Assembly (NCBI GenBank): GCA_013239625.1 | Contig: MU053873.1 | Span: 2,680,524 to 2,744,523, forward strand | Source: Lama guanicoe | Lineage: Eukaryota | Direction of reading: 5' to 3' | Length of the DNA stretch: 64,000 nt | Shown here: in pieces, positions 1 through 12,070 of the stretch | Numbering within the stretch: the first letter of the stretch is position 1 | How the letters are laid out: every line of letters starts with the position of its first letter | The notes under the pieces: model-generated | Databases searched by the model: none | Seen by the model: only the letters and a program-made list of their open reading frames with translations | Told to the model about the DNA's origin: nothing | Position numbers and translations under genes: made by a program

Positions 1-398
1 CGTAGACCCCCGCAGGCCCATCCTGGAAGACAAAGGAGCCAACCACGGCGCAGGAGAAAACCGCGCCCAGGCCCCCTCTCCATCCCGGGCCGGGCCAGAA
101 CTCTGCTGACAGGAAGGCCCCAGGAGCTAGGGAGGCTGGGCCCAGACACACCGGCCCCCCACCTCCCTTCCTCCCACCCCCGAAAACCCTCCTTGGCCTT
201 TGCCCACCTCCCTGTTGCCCGCCAACCACAGAATGTGACCCCTGGAGAAGGCAGGACAGACTCAGCTTGACGACAGTTCAAGTGAGCACTGAACAGAGCC
301 AGCATCCAGAGCTCTGATCCCAGCCCTGCCATCCTGTGCAGTCCTGGGAATCCGGCCCTCTCTCTGGGCCACAGGGCCCTTCTGGTCCTGACACTCAC

Positions 399-575
399 CC
401 ACGGCGCACGGTAACAACCCCGAGTCTGAGGCCCTTCCACTCAGACTCAGTTACCTTTCTGCCCCGCGCCCCCGTCCCCCTCCCCATCTCTTTTCTGAGG
501 CCCCAGGCACCAGAGGAAGCTTGCAGAGCCAGAGGGTGGGCTGGGACTCTTTGATGACCACCCCATGTTACCAGT
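399..575 (-). ncRNA. MIAT: candidate internal MIAT exon (177 nt)
   Basis: Minus-strand acceptor ttctctggtcttctcAG (AG at 577-576) and strong donor GG|GTGAGT (398-393). Based on splice signals only. Confidence 0.45.
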
Positions 576-1734
576 CTGAGAAGACCAGAGAATGCCCACT
601 CATCGTGACCCAGCATTGTCTCCCAGGGTTTGCTTTCAGTGACAGCTAAGCTCTGTTCATCAACTGGCAGACCTGGGCCTGGGAGTCAGGGGTCCTCTCA
701 GCGTATTTTTAGAGCTTGCTGTCAGCTCCCGGACTTGGCTCACGGGTCCAGGGCTGGAGAGGTACTCAGACCCTTACACTGCCAAGCATGTGCCCGAGGG
801 TCACGGTGCCAAGGTCCCCACTTGATTGCCACGCGAAGGGCCCCTAGCCAAGTTTGAGAAGATGTCAAAGGGCCAGAACTGAGAAGGGAAGGGCCAGCCC
901 AAATCACCCGGAGTCCCCAGCCTCCTCCTGACACCGGATTTACAGGTACTCAAGATGAAGTCACTCAACTCAGGTCCTCAGAAGTTGCTGAGAGTGGAGT
1001 TTATAAAATTCTAGCCTTGATGCCAAAAGTGGGCTGTGAAAGTTACTTTCTGGGGCCCCAGAAAACGGAGACGAGCTCTTTGTGGCCTCAGAGGTAGGAA
1101 AGTGAGTGAGCCACATCGCTGATTTCTTCCCCCACCTTGGGGATTCTGGGATACTGGACTTTCCTGCACCGACCAGGAGAGGGCAGGCTGGTAGGCTGGG
1201 GGCTGGTACTTTTGAATACTTATCTGCAAGGCTCCTTCCCAGGGTGATCATGAACATCTCGAAGAACCCGGAAATTCCCTTCTTTCTCCTCTGTCCCAGG
1301 AACTTGCTGCAGTCTGTAAACAGACCGTGCACTGCTCAGAGCAGCACTGTTTGAATACAGTGACCCTCTCCCCTGGCCCTGGGGCCCCAGAATCCCTGAT
1401 ACGACAAAGGCAATGGAGATTTCAAGGGAAACTTTAGCTCCTGCATCAAGCTGACAGCTGTCTAGGAGGGTATCAAGGGCTTTGAGGTCAGACAAATATT
1501 GGTGAGACAGTGGCTTCCAAATCCAAGGTTAATCATTCTCAAAGGCTTAGCCCGTGCCTGGCACAGAGTTAGTGTTCCAATAATTATTTTCCCCAGTTAA
1601 TGATTTAAATCTTTGGGTAACACTGATGTCCCAGAAATGTGGGCCACATTTATCCTGCAGGATTCTATGCCTCCTGGGGCAGGGGGCTGTATATACCTCA
1701 CTTAGGAAGCACAGATCAAATTTCAATCCTCTGT

Positions 1735-2450
1735 CTCGGTGAATGGATAAATAAGCGGGAGTACGTCATATAATGAAATCTACTCAGCAATGAAAAGGAG
1801 CACGCTATTGATAGATACTATGACAAGGACAAACTTCAAAAATATTACCTGGGGTGAAAGAAGCCAGGCACAAGAGACCACATGCTGTATGATTCCATTT
1901 ACACGAAACGTCCAGAAAAGGCCACCCTCTACAGACAGAAGGTAGATTTGCGGTTGCCAGGGATTAGGAGCAGGCTGGGGATTAACAGTAAATGGGGGTG
2001 AGGGATATTCCTGGGGCAAACTGGGATATTCTGCACAGGATATTCCTGTGCAGAACTGGGTAAATTTACTAAAAGCCATTGAATTCTGCACTTGAAATGG
2101 AGGCGTTATATGATATGCTTACACGAGGTTAGACAAAAAAGGGTTGAATTACTGACACATGCAAGAACAAGCCTGAATCTCAAAAATATGTTGAGCAAAA
2201 GAAGCCAAGAACACAAGATTCCACAATAATGGAATTTTAGGGAAAATATCTACTCTACAGGCGTAGAAGGTAGATCAGTGGTTTCCTGGGGAGGGGATTA
2301 ACAGGGGACCATTTTGGGTGATGAAAATGTTCTGTATCTTGATTGTGATGGTGGTTACACAGATGTATACATTTATCAAAGCACACTGAAATGTATGCTT
2401 GAAATGGGTGCATTTTACTGCATGTAAATTATACCTCCGTCCAGTTAGCT
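1735..2450 (+). mobile_element. old L1 (L1M) 3'-end fragments, probably two pieces
   Basis: Typical L1M 3' UTR text: gaatggataaataa...tactcagcaatgaaaagg, gaagccaggcacaaga, atgaaaatgttctgtatcttgattgtgatggtggttacac...tgtaaattatacctc. Confidence 0.75.
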
Positions 2451-2787
2451 CTTCAAAACTCATTTAGATGTGATGACACAGGACAAGAACCAAGAAGGGT
2501 CCAATCAAAGGCCACAGGGAGACCTGGTGGTGAGCTTCTGGGTCCCAGCATCTCAGCTCCCACTAGCCCACACAGACCCCACCCCACCCCTGATTCAAGC
2601 CCAGGCCTGGGGCCCCAGCAGGGAAGCTTTGATCGAGGGTTTGGACCCCAGAGCATCCTAGAGGTCCTACCACCTCTGAAATTCACAAGATCTCCCGCAC
2701 ATACGGATGTTGTGGTGGACCTGACCACACAGCCCGAGGCTGGTCTCCACCACCCCCAGGGGTGCACAGAAAGAGAGGAAGGGTCAC

Positions 2788-2873
2788 CTGGGTTACTCCT
2801 CTGATGCTGTCAAGGTCATGGTGGCCACGTGAACGTGTCTGGAAGACATGGGTGGGCAGGGAGATGCCTCCAG
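2788..2873 (-). ncRNA. MIAT: MIAT exon 2 (86 nt; 3' boundary less certain)
   Basis: Minus-strand acceptor ctttctctttccttgacAG|CTGGAGGCATCT and donor CCCAG|GTGACC. The exon 1-2 junction GGACGGGAG|CTGGAGGCATCT resembles the recalled human MIAT junction. Confidence 0.65.
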
Positions 2874-4099
2874 CTGTCAAGGAAAGAGAGAAAGGGATGG
2901 GTGGATAAAGATGTAGCCATGGGCACATTGGAGAAGAGATGCCAGGGTCCTGTTCTGAAATTACAGCATTTGCCAAAACTGATCTCCTTGGATGTGGATC
3001 AGAAGAAGCAAAAGGAGAAACCAAGAGGTATCTTGGCCTGTCCAGTACCAACCAAAACATCCAAACGTGTTGGAAAGGACCTGGGCTTCACTGCCCGGCT
3101 TCCCATTCTGTTCTGCCACCTCGAGCAAATCTGTTGCTCCCTAGGGCGGGTCTTCTTATCCACAAAAGCGGGGTGACTACGGTGCCCACCCCACAGGGCT
3201 GCTGTGAGGATTACATGAGATGAGAACCGTTACCTATTAGCTTGCATTCTCTTATTTTCTCACTTTATTATGACTACCATTGTCCACACTGCTCATTAGC
3301 ACCATCCATGGATATTCATTTTTTCCCCCTAAACTTTGCACTATTCTTGGTAATAGACAAACAGCTACCAGGGAAACGTGTGTTTGGTTGCAGTTTCAGG
3401 ACCCCCTTGGGTTTTAGGGTGTTTTTTTCCACTGACTCTAGAATAAAATAGCTGCTCAGAGAGCTGAGGCATGTGAGAGACGTTGGCCTAAATTGCTTTG
3501 GATGAGTGAGTGCTGAGAGATGGCAGGAGCTCCTGGGAATAAGATGTGCCCAGCGCCTCGCTGGAGACAGGAGGGAGAGGCTTCTGCGCAGGCGCAAAAA
3601 GCACCATTTTTTTTTTTCCTGGACGAACTCCAACACAACCTACCCAAAAGAAGAGCTTCACTATTCAAATCTCCCTCAAATAAGGGAACCCCCGAGCTGC
3701 GGGTGGGGGACACCTTTACCTGACAAAACAATGGGTTGGGTTTTTTAATCCCATTTTACAGATGAGGAGACTGAGGTTCAGAGCAGTGTGACTTGCGCCA
3801 AAAATCACCCAGCTAGGAAACGGTGCAACGGGATTCTCAACACGCCTGTTGAACCTTTAAGGGGCAGAAGGCTTATGTCCGGATATGGGGGTGGGGGTTA
3901 AATGAGAACGGACCTGGGGAAGGTAGGTATAAAGTGCGAACGCTCTGGTCGCCAGCGTTACTGTTATAGTGGAGGGAGGAACTGGCTGTGATTGCTAAAC
4001 CATCAGGGTCGGTTTATTCCAGTTGCTTCCACGGTCTTGAGGCAACTGATTAAGTTCACTTTAAGAAAGGAAGGTAGCGTAGTGTAGTAGTTATGCCAC

Positions 4100-4230
4100 C
4101 ACATTTCAGAGCCAGACTAGTTCTGGGTTCAAATCCTGACTCTACAGCTAACTGACTGTGTGACCCTGAGCTTGTCCCTTCACCTCTCTGAGCCTCAGTT
4201 TCCCATCTGGAATGCCCGATTCCCAGCCTT
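4100..4230. mobile_element. MIR SINE (representative; many more across the window, e.g. ~6600-6800, 8340-8560, 24770-24920, 30110-30290, 37430-37510, 43620-43740, 58270-58460)
   Basis: MIR core: gggttcaaatcctgactct...tgtgtgaccct...ctctctgagcctcagttttcccatctg. Confidence 0.8.
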
Positions 4231-6069
4231 CTCATGGGGTCTCCAAGAGGCAGCACCCAGCAGGAACCTTGGTAAACAGTTACCAGCCGGTAGCTGGACT
4301 TGGTTACAGTTAATCATCTAGCCCATAGCCCTGAGTCCAGGAGAGTTCAGCCCCTCCCCCCATGACTCACCCAGTAGCTTCCAGACGGGCCCACCTGGCA
4401 CCACAAGGGAGCAAGGGACACCTGTCTCATCTGATGAGATCAGCCTGGAGAGGAGTGGGGAGACAGATGTCACCCTCAGCCAGCCTCTGCCTCTGCCCCT
4501 GAGCATCTCTGGCTATTGTTCCAGGGAGCTCCAGCTGACAGATGAGCCGGCCTCCCAGACAAGGGGAAAGATCCTTCCCAAACAAAGGGGTAGCCTTTAA
4601 GTTATTTGCCAGTGCATTGAACCTGCACAAAGGCCCCAGTGGCCGCAGAAACTGTCTGAGGATCACCCCGGAGAAGGACCAACAGTCCAATACAAATAAA
4701 AGCAAACAACTAAGTGTCTGTACACGATTCAGGGGATGTGGAAATGATCTCAGCCGGCACACAGGGGATGCACTAAAGCAGCAATGTCTTTACTAAGCAG
4801 CTACTGGGTGGTGGGCACTTTACCCACACTGGTTCATCACTTCCCAGCAGCCTCTTAAAGCCGGGATTAAGACTCCCACTTCACAGTTGAGGAGACTGAG
4901 GCTCTGAGAACGGAAATTTCTTCCTTACTGAAGTTGACACAGAGCACAGGTAAGGAGGAGGATTTGCACACAGATCCTTGTAATTCACTGCCTTCTCTTT
5001 CTACCACCCTACCAGACATCAAGGAGGGATAAATTCAAAGAGCAGAATCCTGCCCTGGCGGAAGCAGGGATCTGGTCCAGAGGAAGGATCTTAAAAATGA
5101 AGATTAAAAAAAAAAAGGAAACAAATGTAAAGGCCAACAATATGGAACTGAGTAGAGCGTTTCCATCTATTCCACAAAATACCAACCTTCTTACAGTGAT
5201 TTCTGCCAAGGACGTCGAAACACAGAGAAGCACATCTAATGTCACTTTTCTTGAGGCAGTATACATACAGCACAATTTCAGTTCGTATTTTCAGGAGTAG
5301 AAAATATACTACAGGGAAATATGTGAAAATGGTAAACATAGTAGTTATTCTTGGATGACAGAACTGTGGAGTTTTCATCTTTTTTTTTTCAGTCTTTTCC
5401 AAATCTTCTACAATTATTTGAAACGTATTGTATTTTTTAAAAATCATATTTTTGAATTCATTTTGAATGCAGGCAGAAAGAGTGGTTCTTCTAAAGCTGG
5501 TGATAGGAAGTTGTGGTTCCTTTTGAGGACCCCGAAGACCTCGCCCCTCTCTTCCTTGAAGAAGTGAGGAGAAGGACCAAAAATGGCAGCCAGAGGACTG
5601 CAGGATAGACTTCAGATTCTTTCTCAGTGGCAAGGGTCATTAAGTAATAAAGTAGGTGAAAAGAAGGGGGAGCAGAGGGATGTCACCCTTAAAATTCTTC
5701 CAACGTGAAATTGACCAAACTCAATGCTGGATGAGGATGTGCCACCCAAAGCTACCCGCTGGCGAAAGAAAAGGTCCCCAAGGAAATGTTTTTGCCCAGA
5801 CTGCTACATGGTTCTAAACCTGGAGGTTCTACACCCTCTAGGGGTGAGGGAAGAGGTCTGGGCACTGTTCCCTCAACCTACGGTCTGACCATCCGCAGAT
5901 GATGAGAAGGGGGGGGTCTGAGAAAACATCCAGAAGACCAGCCACACCCCAGTCCTGCTGACTCATCCCCTGGCCACGTGGCCTGGACATCTGAAGCCAC
6001 GCCCCGAAAGTCTGAGAGCCACTGTCCTCAGGTTTCCCTGTCTGTCAAGTGGAATTACTCATCCCTCCC

Positions 6070-6450
6070 CTCCCCAGCCAGCCCAGGCAGTCGCGAAGCT
6101 CCCGGGCGCTCCCAAACGGGACTGCGCTTTGGAAGGTAAAGTGTCGTACCCAGAATGAGCGTTGGGCTCTGGGCCGCGCTCCGTCTGGGGCCGGCACCGA
6201 GAGAAACAGAAGCCGCTCTCCGCGCGTTATCTCGCCTCTCTCCCCCCACCCGTCTCCGCACCACCGCCTGCCTCCCGGCTTCCCGCAGCAGCAGGTGGAG
6301 GCGGTGTTCCCCGCCGCGGCACTGCAGTAGGGTGTGCGCGCCAGCAAGCCTGGGCGCAGGGCAGCCACGGGTGTGGAGCCTGGGATGAGGGTGGGGAATC
6401 CAGGCCCCCGGGTCTCCCCCTGCACAGTCCGACAAGCAATTTCTCTAGCC
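6070..6450. promoter_or_regulatory. secondary CpG-rich segment in MIAT intron 1
   Basis: Local high density of CG dinucleotides (cgcg, gccgcg, ccgccgcggc) in an otherwise CpG-depleted background. Confidence 0.55.
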
Positions 6451-7299
6451 GAGGATCCTCTGCTGAGAGAGAGGAGAGATCTGGCCCCCTCCCTCCCAAA
6501 TTCCCAACCTCTCTAGAGAATGTATTAGAGAGGAGTAGGAGGGAAGGGAGGTGGTGAGTCCTGGGTTCTCCCCAGACCCATTTAAGGATGTAACATGAGC
6601 TTTAGAGTTGGACATATCTGGATTCAAAATCTCTGGGTGTGTGACCTTGGACGTGTGTACCTAACCCTCTCTGGAGCTCAATTTCCCCATCTCTAAAATG
6701 GGGTTCTTACCACCGCCTGGGGTTGTTGTAATAATGCATGCAGAGGGCTAAGCATGTCCCTGGCAGAGTGTAAGCTCTCCATCAACTGCTGTAGTATTAT
6801 TAGCATTACCGATCTCACTATTCTCAACCAAGAGGTTTTCCAGTCCTCTCCGTCCCGTGGGACCCTGGACATCTGGAATTTGAGTCCCCAAAGTGTAGCA
6901 TTGGCAGGCGCTGGGGGGTGGGCTTGATATGAACAAGGGAGGCTCAAGAACCTGGCTCCACCATCCCATCCCCCAGCTCCAGTTCTGAGACCATTGAGGG
7001 TCCCTCCAAGGCTTGGCCATTTCCGGTGAGCAGAAAAGGTCCGGGGGCCCCTCCTGTCTGTCTGGTACGGGGGGGTCTTTGTTCCCTCTCAGATCATGAC
7101 TGCAAGACCCCCATGGGTCCTAGACTCCCAATGCAAACTCCCCTTCCCGGTGCCCCACCCAGGCCCGAGTCTTAGCATTTGACAGCTGCGGGCTGGAGAG
7201 GCTCTTCATCCAACAAATAAGGGGCACTTCAGGCAGCGTTTGCCAGTCCTGAACCCTGCCCAGGACCCTGGGACCTCAACCTCGGGGAATTAGGCTGTT

Positions 7300-7900
7300 C
7301 CCAGCGCGCAGACAAGGACGCTTGGGGAGGGAGGGCTGTTAGGATGGGGCGGCGGCTTACCTCCCGTCCGCGGTCTTGCGGCGCCAGTGCAGAGGGCTCT
7401 TTGTGCCCCGGCTCACAGCGCAGAACTGGGGGAGCCCCTGCAAGCGCCTCCCATTGCAAACTCCTCCCCGCACTCGTCCGCAGCCTCCCTCCCTCTGGTC
7501 CCCCGAGCGCAGCCGGCGTCGTCTTTGTAGCTGCTGCAGCGCCCATGAAATTTTAATGCGGGAGCGGCTGGCGGGCGGAGGCGCCCCACCCCCGGTCCTC
7601 GCCTCTGCCCTCCTCCCGCCTCCCCGCTCCCCTGCAACCCTACGCCCTACCCTTTACTCCCTCCTGGAGGTCGGGGCCTGGGAGGCGGGGTGCGGCCGGG
7701 AGTAGGGGGAGCGCATCGCTACCCCAGCCGCACAAAGGGGCGAGCCTAGCGGCGCGCTCTGCCTCCAGCATCCCAGCCCGCGGCGCTACCATGGCAACGC
7801 TTGCCGGGCTGAACTCCACCGCCGAGCGTGCAAAGATGGAGAGGCACACGCGGGTGGCGCGCGACCGCGGACCCGGGGAGCAGAAGCCTAGACCCGGAAT
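7300..7900 (-). promoter_or_regulatory. MIAT: CpG island / MIAT promoter
   Basis: Very GC- and CpG-rich, with GC-box-like GGGCGG motifs, ATTAAAA at 7557-7551 and an RFX X-box-like GCTACCATGGCAAC at 7785-7798. Confidence 0.75.
7361..7531 (-). ncRNA. MIAT: MIAT exon 1 (TSS approximate)
   Basis: Donor GAG|GTAAGC at 7360-7355, a TATA-like ATTAAAA at 7557-7551 about 26 nt upstream, and location inside a CpG island. Confidence 0.72.
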
Positions 7901-8164
7901 GGGAGGGTGAAGAGGCTGGTCCTAGAGGACCAGGTGCTTAACCAGCACGGCTTGGCTGTATGCCTCTCAATTAATCCAGCCCATGGTTATGGTGGAGTCA
8001 AGATCTGAACCCATGTCTGAGACTTTAGGGGCGTGTTCCTGCCACTGCACCACGTGGCCTAACAACTCTTATAGGTGCGGTCTTTTCTTATTTAAATTGA
8101 TCTCCTTTGTGCCTCTATATTCTAGAGCAGGAATGTTAGAAAATGGTCCTAGGGGACTCTTTTT

Positions 8165-8330
8165 AGACCAGGTCCTAAACGAGCAGCATCACATCAATTG
8201 GGAACTTGTCAGGAATACAGATACCCAGGCATCTCCCCAGAGCCGCTGGATCAAAACCCCTAGCGCCGGGGCCCCAGAGGTCTGTATTTTAACAAGCCCT
8301 CCAGCGGATTCTGACGCTTGAGAACCACTG
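8165..8330. mobile_element. MER5A-like hAT-Charlie DNA transposon
   Basis: agcagcatca...gggaacttgtcaggaat...tctgtattttaacaagccctccagcggattctga...ttgagaaccactg. Confidence 0.7.
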
Positions 8331-10389
8331 TACTGGACCTTACAACCAGGCTATCCTGGGTTTAAATTTCAGTTCTATCCATGCCCCTCAGGGGATGACC
8401 TTAGGCAAATTCACTCCCTTTCTAAGGCTCAGTTTCCTAGTTCACAAAGTAGAGATAATCGTGGAATCCACTTCATAGGGTTGTGTATGGGTGAAATGCA
8501 GGAATGCCTGGGGGGAGAGGTGCTTAGCACAGTGCCTGGCATTTAGTAAGGGCTCAAAACATACTTTTATTCCTATAATACTATGACGTCTCCTCTAATT
8601 TTCAAACTTCTGTGTATATTATTTATCATCTCCGCTGCTCAGAAGAGGGCATGAAGGCTCCAAGAGGCAACAAGAGCTGCCGGGGTCCCTGGTAAGGGAC
8701 TCAGGTGGGATCTGAACCCCCATTTCAGGTTCTGAATTTACCAGCTCTTCTCTGTATGGCTCATCTCTTGCTGGGAGCCCCCCCCCCTCCCCTGCCTTGA
8801 TCTTCAGAAAATCCAGACCCAATTCAACAAACCTATAGCACATTTCCAGTGGGCATAGTCCAAGGCCATGTCAGGAACCATGAAGATTCCAGGAAGGTCC
8901 CAGATACTGTCTCCACCCCAGCAGAGCTAGCCATCTTGCCAGAGAAGTAAGACTTAGGTGGGACAGTTAGAGAAAAAGCAAGATGGGATCTGGTCACAGC
9001 ATTGCCCAGAGAACACAGCCAGACTGCGGTCCTTGCAGGTCTACGACTTTCCCTTGCGTCACTAGACCACAGACAAAAGAGGAAATTGGGTTCAGCATGA
9101 CAGGTTCTAAATGAACACAGGGGATGCATTAGGAACCACGCCTTTCTTTTTGAAGTAGTCCCAAACCCCTTGTTTCATAATCTGTTTCCAAATTCTCCTG
9201 AGGATCAGCCCATCATTTCCAATATCCATTTGGAAAAAAAATCAAGGCATTTGCTGCTCCCAAATTTTCAGCACTTTGCCTATTCTTCGGGGCTTCTCAA
9301 AGATGATCAGCAATGAGCCCATGATCCTACTGCCAAGCATCTTTGGTTCTAGGAATATGTTTTCAAGGAGAACGGCAGGAGCAAGAGGGGAGCAGAAGAC
9401 GTGATCGTCAGAAGCTGCTGCGGGCTCGCTGGGAAGACATTGTGTGTAACTCAGATGGATTCAGCATGAGCCGTGAACTGAGTGGCGCACGGAGAGGGCA
9501 GAACCCATGTCCAGCAGACACCAAAACCAGCAAGGTGTGGCCCTGCCTGCTGCCCTCTGTCCCTGATTCTCTGATTTCTTTATCACAGGCAGCTCAAACT
9601 GGGGGATTCAGTTGGTCCTCTACCTTTCCAATGTCCATCTGCTGAATGTCTTCCTTCACATTCTCCATTATCCTGGGGAGGGGAGGGACCTGCGGTGGGT
9701 TCCTTGATCTCCTTTATGCTCTGGGCACTGCTGCTGCCTCCTTCAGGATCCATATTTAGTCTGATAGCAAGAGCTGGCATCTTCCTTGTCTCTAACCCTT
9801 GCCTTATCTGGCAGGTAGACCCAGAACATGCCAAAGCACAGCCCCAAGATGGTGAATGTCATCCTCACCATAACTCACCAAGAACCTCATCTTCCAGGTG
9901 ACAATTATGGGGCTAATCTGGGCCCCAGGGAACCAGCAAGCAGATAAGAGCCCCAGATCGAGCCCCAAAGAGAAACATCAATGTACTTTCTTTTGCTTTT
10001 CTGGAAAGGGACTTGAGCTGCTTACTATGGAGTGCTGGTTGCCATGGAAATGGCAGGAGGTAGCATCATACTGGAGATCCACCTCAGAACAGAGTTCACC
10101 CCTGTAAGCTGGACCAGGTGGTTACCTTGCCTAGTCTCAAGATGTGCAAGCTAGGTGGTCTTTGGATCATGACACTACACCCCACCCCACCCCCACAGCC
10201 CGAGATTTCCAGGGGGATTCTGACACTGGTAACACGCCCAGGAGAAAGGACTTCTGTTTCTCTCTATCCCTGGAGAAGCCCCTGGAGAAACTTGGGTGAC
10301 CTAGGAGGCCAGGGTTCCAATTCCAACCCTGTTATCAGCCTGCTCAGTGCCACTGAGTACCCACTGACCTGACTGTGCCTCCTTTATAA

Positions 10390-10905
10390 ATTTTTATTTT
10401 TGTAGGTGAATTTCCCATAATATAAAACCAGCCACTTTAAAGCAAGCAATTCAGTGGCATTTAGCACATTCACAGTGTTGTGCAAACACCATCTCTACCT
10501 AGTTCCAAAACATTGTCATCCCCACAAAATAATGCCCCACGCCCATTAAGCAGTTACTTCCCACAGCCCCCCCGCCCCCAACTCCTGGCAAACATGAATC
10601 CACTTCTGTCTCATATGGATTTGTCTCTTCTGGTTATTTTGTATAAATGGAATACCATGAAATGTGCCCTTTTGATTCCGGCTGATTTCACCCAGAACAA
10701 TGTTTTGAGTTTATCCACCTTGTAACACGTACCTGCACTTTTTTCCTTGTTATGGCTGAATCATATTCCGGCATATAGTATATAATATTATCTGTGTGTC
10801 CATCCGTCTGTTGATGGACATGTGGGTTGTTTCTTGGTGATTGTGGATAACATCACTGTGACCATGTGTAAACAGGATTTGTCAGAGTCCCTCTTTTCCA
10901 GCCTT
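10390..10905 (-). mobile_element. L1MB-like 3' end
   Basis: caattcagtggcatttagcacattcacagtgttgtgcaa...tagttccaaaacatt...ctcctggcaa...ttatggctgaat...gttgatggacat. Confidence 0.8.
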
Positions 10906-12070
10906 TTGGGTCTTCACCTCTTGGCACCTCATTTCCTTTTACACCCACCCAACTGCCCCTACTCTGGATGTTCTGAGAGGCGGCAAGGTGAACTTCTGCT
11001 CCTTGTTATCTAAACTAGTCACCAGTATCCCCCACCCCGCCAGCGCCACCTCTGCCTGGGCACACCTGCCGTATCTTCTAAGGAAAGGCTCCGGGAGAAA
11101 CCAGATTTCATCTGCCCTCCAGCCAAGCTATTAACAGAGACTGTGCATCTACTCCAGGGAGCTTCTCTCTGACAGCTGTTTTCCGAGCAAGCAGCTCCCA
11201 GCCTCCCTCAGATAGAAATTTCATTTTGACTCATCAAAGCAGCCATCCTCACCAGGGTGAGGGTGGGGCTCCCTAAATTCAGGGGACACCGCTTGTGCAG
11301 CAGAGGAGAGCTGTGTTTGGTGTGGCCTGGAAAAGAATACGCCTTTCAGCAATTCTCTGCAGCTACAGAAATCCCCTGCCCACTCACCCCCACCCCCATC
11401 ACCTTCGGAAGCAATGAACTTGGCCCTTTGCCCACTTACTTGACACTGTTCTGAGGGCTTTACCCACATTCCCCCACCCCATCCCGCTATCACCCTCCAA
11501 GAAAGTGTCAATATCATCTCCATCTGATAAGGAAAGGGAGGCTCAGAGAGGAGGAGTGACTGAGCCAATGTCAGCCAGCTAGAAAGTGATGGAGCTGAAA
11601 TTCAAACCCAGCACCATCTGATTCCAAATCTGCTCTCAGAATCTCTGAAAAAAGCCATCTGCCTTCCTACTCACCCGGTCCTTTTCCCTAGGAAGGATGC
11701 AACGCCCCACAGTCAGCTGGACCCCACCACCTGGCTGGGGACACTCTGGGGTCCGTTCATGGCCCTGCTCTGGGCATGCAGAACAGCGGTTAATCTCTGC
11801 CTCAGTCCAGGCAGGACATCACTGGTTCAGGATCATTGCCACGGATGAGCGGAGTCAGATCTGTCCTGCCCGCAGCGGCTGCCTTAATACGCGAAGGCCA
11901 GCAGTCCCGCTAGGTGAGGTGTGGACAGGAACGTGAGCATGGATTATCCTGGATACAGACTCCCAGACAAAGATTCAAGCGCACATAGTTTATTTCTGAT
12001 CCCCAGAAGCATTGATGGTTGAGTGAAATGGTGAGACAAGGAAGGGAAAAAAAGCCAGACAAAGTGAATC

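Larger units (their letters stand above)
1..7531 (-). ncRNA. MIAT: 5' portion of lncRNA MIAT (Gomafu/RNCR2) orthologue; continues beyond window start
   Basis: Syntenic position next to the CRYBA4 3' end, with a CpG-island promoter. Exon-like segments carry canonical splice sites and resemble recalled human MIAT 5' sequence (CACAAAGAGCCCTCTGCAC; GGAGGCATCT...CAGACACGTTCA). No long spliced ORF. Confidence 0.75.

Noticed and set aside
7229..7546. 105-aa minus-strand ORF at the MIAT 5' end
   Set aside because: Its ATG lies between the TATA-like box and the inferred TSS, and the ORF reads through the exon 1 donor into the intron.
11041..11059. Possible CTCF motif (minus-strand CAGAGGTGGCGCTG)
   Set aside because: Only the 3' half of the core matches; the CCASY part is absent.
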